64,000 nucleotides of DNA from Gnetum montanum (Eukaryota > Plantae > Gnetophyta). The stretch covers positions 248,001-312,000 of the forward strand of contig MNCI01002682.1 in assembly GCA_015680685.1 (NCBI GenBank). The letters run 5' to 3'. Below the pieces are notes generated by a model. It worked only from the letters and a program-made list of their open reading frames with translations, made no database searches and was not told the DNA's origin. Position 1 is the first letter of the stretch. Each line of letters starts with the position of its first letter. A program made the translations under genes and the position numbers. This document shows, piece after piece, positions 57,540 to 64,000 of this stretch.

Positions 57540-60500
57540 ACAAGATGATCATGATGAACCCCTACTCGCCATGTGAAGCATGCTAGATATAATTGAGGCT
57601 ATGAGAGTTCCAACAAGGCACCAAAAAGATAGTAGGATCAAGAGGTTAGACATTAATAACATCCCATGATTTGAAGGAGGATATAACGTTGATCCTCAAA
57701 ATCACTTACAAGCATTTCACGATGTGTGTGCCTTGCAAAACATAGAAAACGAGTGGCAAAAACTTAAGTTGTTCCCACGGACACTAATAAAAGAAGTTGA
57801 AAGCTGGTACCAGTCCTTAGAACTGGAATTGATTCATAGGTGGAGTACTATGTTAGAATTGTTCAACGATAAGTATCAAACATACTCCCGGGTGTCTAAC
57901 CTACAAAAGCAAATCCAAGGATGGAAACAAGGAAGTCATGAACCCTTAGATGCTGCCATGGGCCACTATTATGCACTACTACATCGTTGTCCTAGCCATG
58001 GTTATTCACAGCGGGATCAACATCTTGTAGATGGGCTTAGGCATGAAATGAGAAGAACCCTTGGGACTTATGCCCAAGGGAGGTTATCTAAGCTTAGGTC
58101 CCATCAAATTCATAGGCTACTAGAGCAAGTTGCTAAGGAAGAAGGTGAGCTATGAAAAAGAGAGAGTGTGGAAGAATATAGCTGAGATCCTTCCATCCGA
58201 AAGAAGGGAGTAAGATTTTGTGAGGATGAGGAAGAGTCACCACTCAAAGAGATGGTGAATAGGAAAACCTTGCCTATCCAAAAGTTAGCATCAGAAGTAT
58301 CGGGAAAGGTAGACCAAATGTGGGACTCCATGGATAGTAGGTTTTAAGCTATTCTCAAAGTAGTAGAGAAGTCTAGAGAGCGAGGTAGTGATTGTGACAA
58401 AAGAAAAAAGAGAGAAGTAGAAAATGCACGTAACAAGGGTAAGGTTAAAGTTGCTATTATTGAAGAGGTTTTGGACTCAGATATAGATGATGATAGTGGA
58501 TGTGAGATATGTCAATACGACCATCCTAAGGGGTGTTGCCCTATGATCTCACATCTACAGGAGTCTGGGGTGTATGCACTTAATCCACGTTTAAACAAAC
58601 AACAAACATCCCGACGGTTACCTTATCCCCAAGGTAACCCAAGGTAGTTCCACCAACTTTTAATGTATTATCCAAGTGGAACTCCACCACAACCAATTGA
58701 GCAACATCAACAGTGGTAGCACCCACAATCATGGGGAATGCCACCACCAAGGCAACAATATCCTTACCGGCAACCTGACCCATATGGATATTACATGCAG
58801 CATCCAATCTCTCCATGTGACTCTGTTGGTCAGGTTACTCCCCAACATCATTACTAAGCCTGCGAGTACTATAGGACTCCCTCTCCTAGGGGGGATATTC
58901 CATAAGTATACCATCCTTCCAATCTGGCCGCATCTCTCCCACCAATAGCTCCATTACCACCTGCTCTAGCAATGCAAGGTGAACTCCCTTCTCAGTCACA
59001 ACAACACAATGCCACAAGGGCTGTTAATCCTCAACCTACAATTGGTTCTGACAACCGTATGAAGAAAAGATATTTCTTCAGAACCAATAGTCCCACTAGG
59101 CCTTTGCAACCCCAAGTGGCTGAGTCTTTGGATGCCTCCATATCAACTAAAGCTTCAGAGCCCCCTTTGAACTTAACACTACATTCAATGCATATGATCA
59201 TGTTGACACATGATGTTACTAATTGGATCAAAGCTAGCCACCTTCCCAGGAAATTCTTTGATCCTGGGAGTCCCCTAATATATCTACAAATCATTGGGAA
59301 TGAGCCATGCAAAGCTCTTCTGGATTCAGGTTCTGGTGTCAACCTAATATCACAAGAAATGTATAAGGCTTGGAACCTGCCCCCATTAAAAAAGAGCAAT
59401 GTCTATTAAGAGTTAGCTGACCAGTCCATCACTGTTCCCTTGGGATTAGTGGAGGACATTGTTACCATTGTTTGTGGGTGGTTGTATCTAGCTGACTTCT
59501 TGGTGATTCAAGTGAACAACAGTAAGGGAGACTTCCCAATCATAATGGGAAAGCACTATCGATGCGTGCCTAGGTATCCGCGATCTTTCCTTAGAAATAT
59601 CTAAGGAGAATACTTTCAAAAAGATTGAGAAGAAGAAGGTTCCATGCATCACATACAGTGACACAGGGTGCAATTGCGTGCAGAGATCATGGGTTGGGCA
59701 AAGTTTAACATTGCCTGCATGCAATCAGTATGCACAAACGATCAACATACAAAGGTGCCTATATGCAGTAGCCACATGACAAGAAGACACCCAGTGGCTG
59801 ATAGCTGATCAAGGAAGCAACTCACTTATATGCATGGAACTAACTGAGGGTTTGACTTGCATTTACATAGATAGCATTGATGCATTAGAGCAAGTCCACT
59901 GCCAACTTCCCAACCCTAACTTAGAAAACATCAACTAGGGGAAGTTGGAAATTCCTAAGAAATTTAAACAAGAGCCCCTAGAGCTAAGACCATTACCCAC
60001 TAGTATGGAATACATGTTCCTTAAGAATGGAAAACCAGTAATCATCAACGCAAGACTTACCCCACAACAAAAAGAGAGTCTGCTAAAGGTAATAAACAAG
60101 TGGTCAAAAGCCTTCACCTAGTCATATATGGAATTAACTGGAATAGATCCTAGGATATGTCAACACAAGATTTACACTGACTCCTCCATAAAGCCTCAAA
60201 AATAACCACAGAGGTGATTGAAACTAAAGTTGAAGCAAGTAGTAAAAGAAGAAATCAAATAGCTTCTAAAGGCTGGGTTTATATACCCCATTGTTGATAG
60301 TGAATGGGTTAGCCCCTTAGTAATCATGCCTAAAAAGGGAGGCAAATGGAGGGTGTGCATAGATTTTAGGCTGCTAAACATGGAAACATTCAAGGATCAC
60401 TTTCTATTGCCTTTGTTGACCAAGTCTTAGATACAATCGTAGGGCATTGCTATTATAGTTTTCTGGATGGCTATAGCGGATACAACCAAATACAGATAGT

Positions 60501-62901
60501 CCCAGAAGACCAAGCCAAAACTACGTTCACTAGTCCTTGGGGAATGTTTGCATGCAAACAAATGCTATTTGGCTTGTGCAATGCCCCTGCCATGTTTCAA
60601 CGCTTAGTTCTAAGCATATTCCAGTAGTAGATAGGAAATGGTGTGGAAGTCTTTATGGATGACTTCTCCATCTATGGAGAAAGTTTTGATCAAGCCTTGG
60701 ACCGATTAGAGTAAGTGCTGAAAAGATGCGTAGAAACTAATCTAAGGCTCAACTGGCAAAAAAGCCATTTGATGATCTAAAAAGGTGTAGTACTTGGGCA
60801 TAAAATTTCACATGTAGGAATAGAGGTAGACCTTGAGAAAATCAAAGTCATTCAAGGAATCACTCGTTAACCAGAAACTGTCAAAGACATTTGGTCATTC
60901 CTTGGACACACTGGCTACTATAGAAGATTCATAGAGAACTTTTTGAAGATTACCAAATCATTAGTAGAGTTAACAAAAAAAGGACATACCCTTTGAGTGG
61001 ACCAGGGAATGCGAACTAGCTTTCCAAACTTTGAAGCAGAAGCTGGTAGAAACACCCATTCTATAAGCTCTTGACTAGTCTAGATCATTCCATGTCATGA
61101 CTAATGTGTCCAACTATGCCTTAGGAGCTATACTTACATAGTTAAGTAACCAGAAACATCCTTATTACATCCACTGCGCAAGTAGAAGTATAGTTTGTGC
61201 ACAACTTAACTATACTACTATTGAAAAATAATTAATGACTGTAGTGTTTACACTAGAAAAATTTAGGCACTATGTATTGAGGTACAAAGTATTCATACAC
61301 ACAGATCATAGTGCAATTTGGTTCCTCATGAATAAGCCAATAGTAAGCCCCCATATTATACGATGGCTAGTAATCTTACAATAGTTCGGTATAACAATGA
61401 TCGATCGTAAAGGCACCGAGAATGTAGTTGCTGATCATTTATCTCGGTTGTACTGGGACAACAAAGAGGACGAGTATCCCATTTTCAATCACTTCCCTGA
61501 TGAGCTCCTCTTTGCTAGTGTAGTGAATGACCAATCACCCATGGAGATGAATTGGTACAGTAGCATTCTTACCTATCTCCTTACCCAATAAACACCACAA
61601 GAGCTAGACCTTAAGAAGAAACAACAGTTTCTTCACAGAGCCAGGTATTTTATGGAGATCAATGGACAACTTTACAAAGTATGTCCCGATGGCTTGGTTT
61701 GATGGTGTGTTCCCAATAGAGATCAACTAAGAGTTCTCCAAGACACTCATGAGGGCCCTTGTGGGGGTCATTATGCAAGGAGACGAACGACCATCAAGAT
61801 CCTACTTGCAGGTATTATTGGCCTACCTTGTTCTGGGACACCCATCACTTCATCCAATCTTGTGAACGCTGTCAATGTGATGGGGGAATGATTGTTAGAA
61901 TGGAGGATCCAAAATAATGGATTCAACTATTAGAACCCTTCGACATTTGGAGAATTGATTTCATGGGGCCCATTACACTAATGTCCAATGGAAAAGCTTA
62001 CATTGTAGTTGCTGTAGATTACTTAACAAAATGGGCTGAAGTAGCTGTCATCAAAGATTACACATCATCTATAGCTACACAATTTGTTCAACAACAAGTC
62101 GTTAATAGGTTTGGTGTGCCTCGTGCACTTATCTTAGACAATGGAACACACTTCATAGGTGAAACTTTTTGGAAGTTAATGCAATGCTTAGGGGTTGAGC
62201 ACAAATTGACTACATAATATCACCCCCAGGAAAATGGTCAAGCTGAGGTCACCAACATGGAGATTACTAAGATACTGATCAGAACCATTAGCAAGTATAG
62301 GTGAGATTGGAGCACTAAACTGAATGATGCTCTTTGGGCATACCGCTCCACATGGAAACTACCTATAGGCTACTCTCCTTATGAGTTAGTGTATGGAAAA
62401 CTTCCAACACTCCCTATCCAAACTAAGCTTCGTACACTAGCCACAGCATGTAACCTCAACCTTGACCTTGATCTAGCGCAAAAACAAAGGTTGATGACTC
62501 TTAACTTGCTAGATGAGAACCGACTAGCTACCCTGTCATCTAATGAGTTGCACAAGGCATTTAATAAATAATGTCATGACTTGAAAATTAGAAAAGTTAA
62601 GTATCAACCTGGAGATAAGGTTCTCTACTAGAACCCCACACATGTGTCACAACGTACCAAATTTCAAACACTATGGGAAGGACCTTACATTATCTATGCA
62701 ACTTTTCCTTTAGGAGCCATGACCATATATAAACCTAAGAGCCCAAATACAAGACTATTAGTCAACATGCAACAAACAAAACCTTTCCATGAATTTAGGA
62801 TAGCCAAAACATATGCTACCTCTGTAGGTGGGCAACCTTGCTCATTATTTCGGATCTCCTCCTTCCAACTCAGTCATGGGGGAGATAGCCACCTTTGCTA
62901 A
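57540..62901 (+). pseudogene. gag-pol: gag-pol pseudogene of element C
   Basis: gag (KLFPRTL..WY), protease LLDSGS (about 59317), RT WVSPL..PKK..WRVCIDF, FLDGYSGYNQI and FMDDF (60652), RNase H ENVVADHLSR, integrase HEGPCGGH..CERC, IDFMGP, DNGTHF, NGQAE, WEGPY; many stops and frameshifts. Confidence 0.92.
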
Positions 62902-64000
62902 TAATTGAAGGCCCGCAGCTTTTTCTAAATTTTTGTTTTACACATTTCTTTTGCACATTTTTTGTTTTGCACATTTATTTAATCTTGTTTTTTTTACATC
63001 ATAGTTCATATTTTTACCATTTCTTTGTGTGATTTTGTTTTGTTTGTCACCTAATAAGTGTTCATGATGATGGTATGAATAATATCATATCGATTGCTAA
63101 TGTTTGGATTTTACCTTTGAAGTATGATGTTGATATTAAGGTATGTTTTTCTTTTGATTAAACAGGCAACGAGTCCACGTTGTTCATACATCCATAAAAT
63201 CCTATGGTCTCCCTTGGCTGGGAGTTGTACAGTCCCTTTCTCTAATAAAACTATTAACAAATTGGTGGCTAGGTATTTCTCAAACTAAGGAAGGACTCAA
63301 AGGATGAAAAATGTGTGACTTCAAGGGGATTCTATGCATTTGTGCTAGCTATTCTCTTGAGTGCTTGGATGCTTTTTCCCTAGATTTTTCGCCATTCTGA
63401 CCATTCATCAAATCACCAAAAGCTAAGTGCATAAAAATAAGTCTTTGCATGGTGTGGTTCTCACACGAAAAAAAAATAGTGAGAATTCAAAGCACACCCC
63501 TTAGACATAATAATGAAAATGGAATTGGGCTACACACACTAGTTATGGCACTGGAAAGACATGTTACCCATGCCTGAAGGTTCTCTCTAACTAAGGCCCT
63601 TTCTCGCTTCTTGGCTCTCCATCTCGCTCTTGTCAGAATGATGGTGAATTTTTGTAGAGGCATTCTTGTTGCTTCAAGAGGATAGGCTAGTAAAATGTGT
63701 TGATGCGAGGTCACTAAATGTGGATTGTTGAGGGTAGATTTGGAATGAGTTCTACTCGATCACATTAACCATGAAACACACAAGGGACTTTACACAACCT
63801 TGTTCTTAGGTTTTCATTCCATTCTCTCCTCTCCACCTTTCTTTTCCATTTTTCACCTCATTGCTGATTTTATCATTAGTCCATACCTTGGTTGATGCAT
63901 CATTTTTCCTTGGTAATTTCTTGTGGGTAAGTTTTTAACTTCTTTCCCTTAAACATTTCCTACAATTAACAATTTTTGTTTCATCCCCATCTATGACATC

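Larger units (their letters stand above)
55743..64000 (+). mobile_element. Athila-like Ty3/gypsy LTR retrotransposon C with degenerate gag-pol; 3' LTR lies outside the window
   Basis: 5' LTR 55743-56536, PBS TGGTGTCGTTGCTGGGGA (56538-56555), then gag, PR, RT, RNase H and IN in gypsy order. Confidence 0.93.

Overview
AT-rich, transposon-dense land-plant nuclear DNA. It is possibly a fern or other seedless vascular plant, inferred loosely from the LINE style and intron sizes. One host gene is present: a minus-strand GH14 beta-amylase of the BAM2 type with 9 exons, canonical GT-AG junctions, about 541 aa and both catalytic Glu motifs, spread over about 31 kb (11828-42787). Its introns hold the most unusual content. 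Intron 6 contains an endogenous caulimovirid-like 30K movement-protein sequence, antisense to the gene and split by a 6.6-kb LTR retrotransposon (TSD TAAAC). Intron 4 contains a 5.3-kb inverted repeat with two ~2.6-kb Tekay-like LTR arms, whose 46-nt loop is a direct copy of the DNA just outside the left arm. Intron 5 contains a detached, degenerate retrotransposon accessory ORF. The flanks carry an Athila-like Ty3/gypsy family (tRNA-Asp PBS): two nested gag-only elements at left, a solo LTR inside an L1 LINE, another LTR remnant, and a degenerate gag-pol element at right. RTE LINE tails, SINE-like elements and small tandem duplications also occur. No rRNA, genuine tRNA or CRISPR was found. 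All identities are by-eye estimates; no searches were run.
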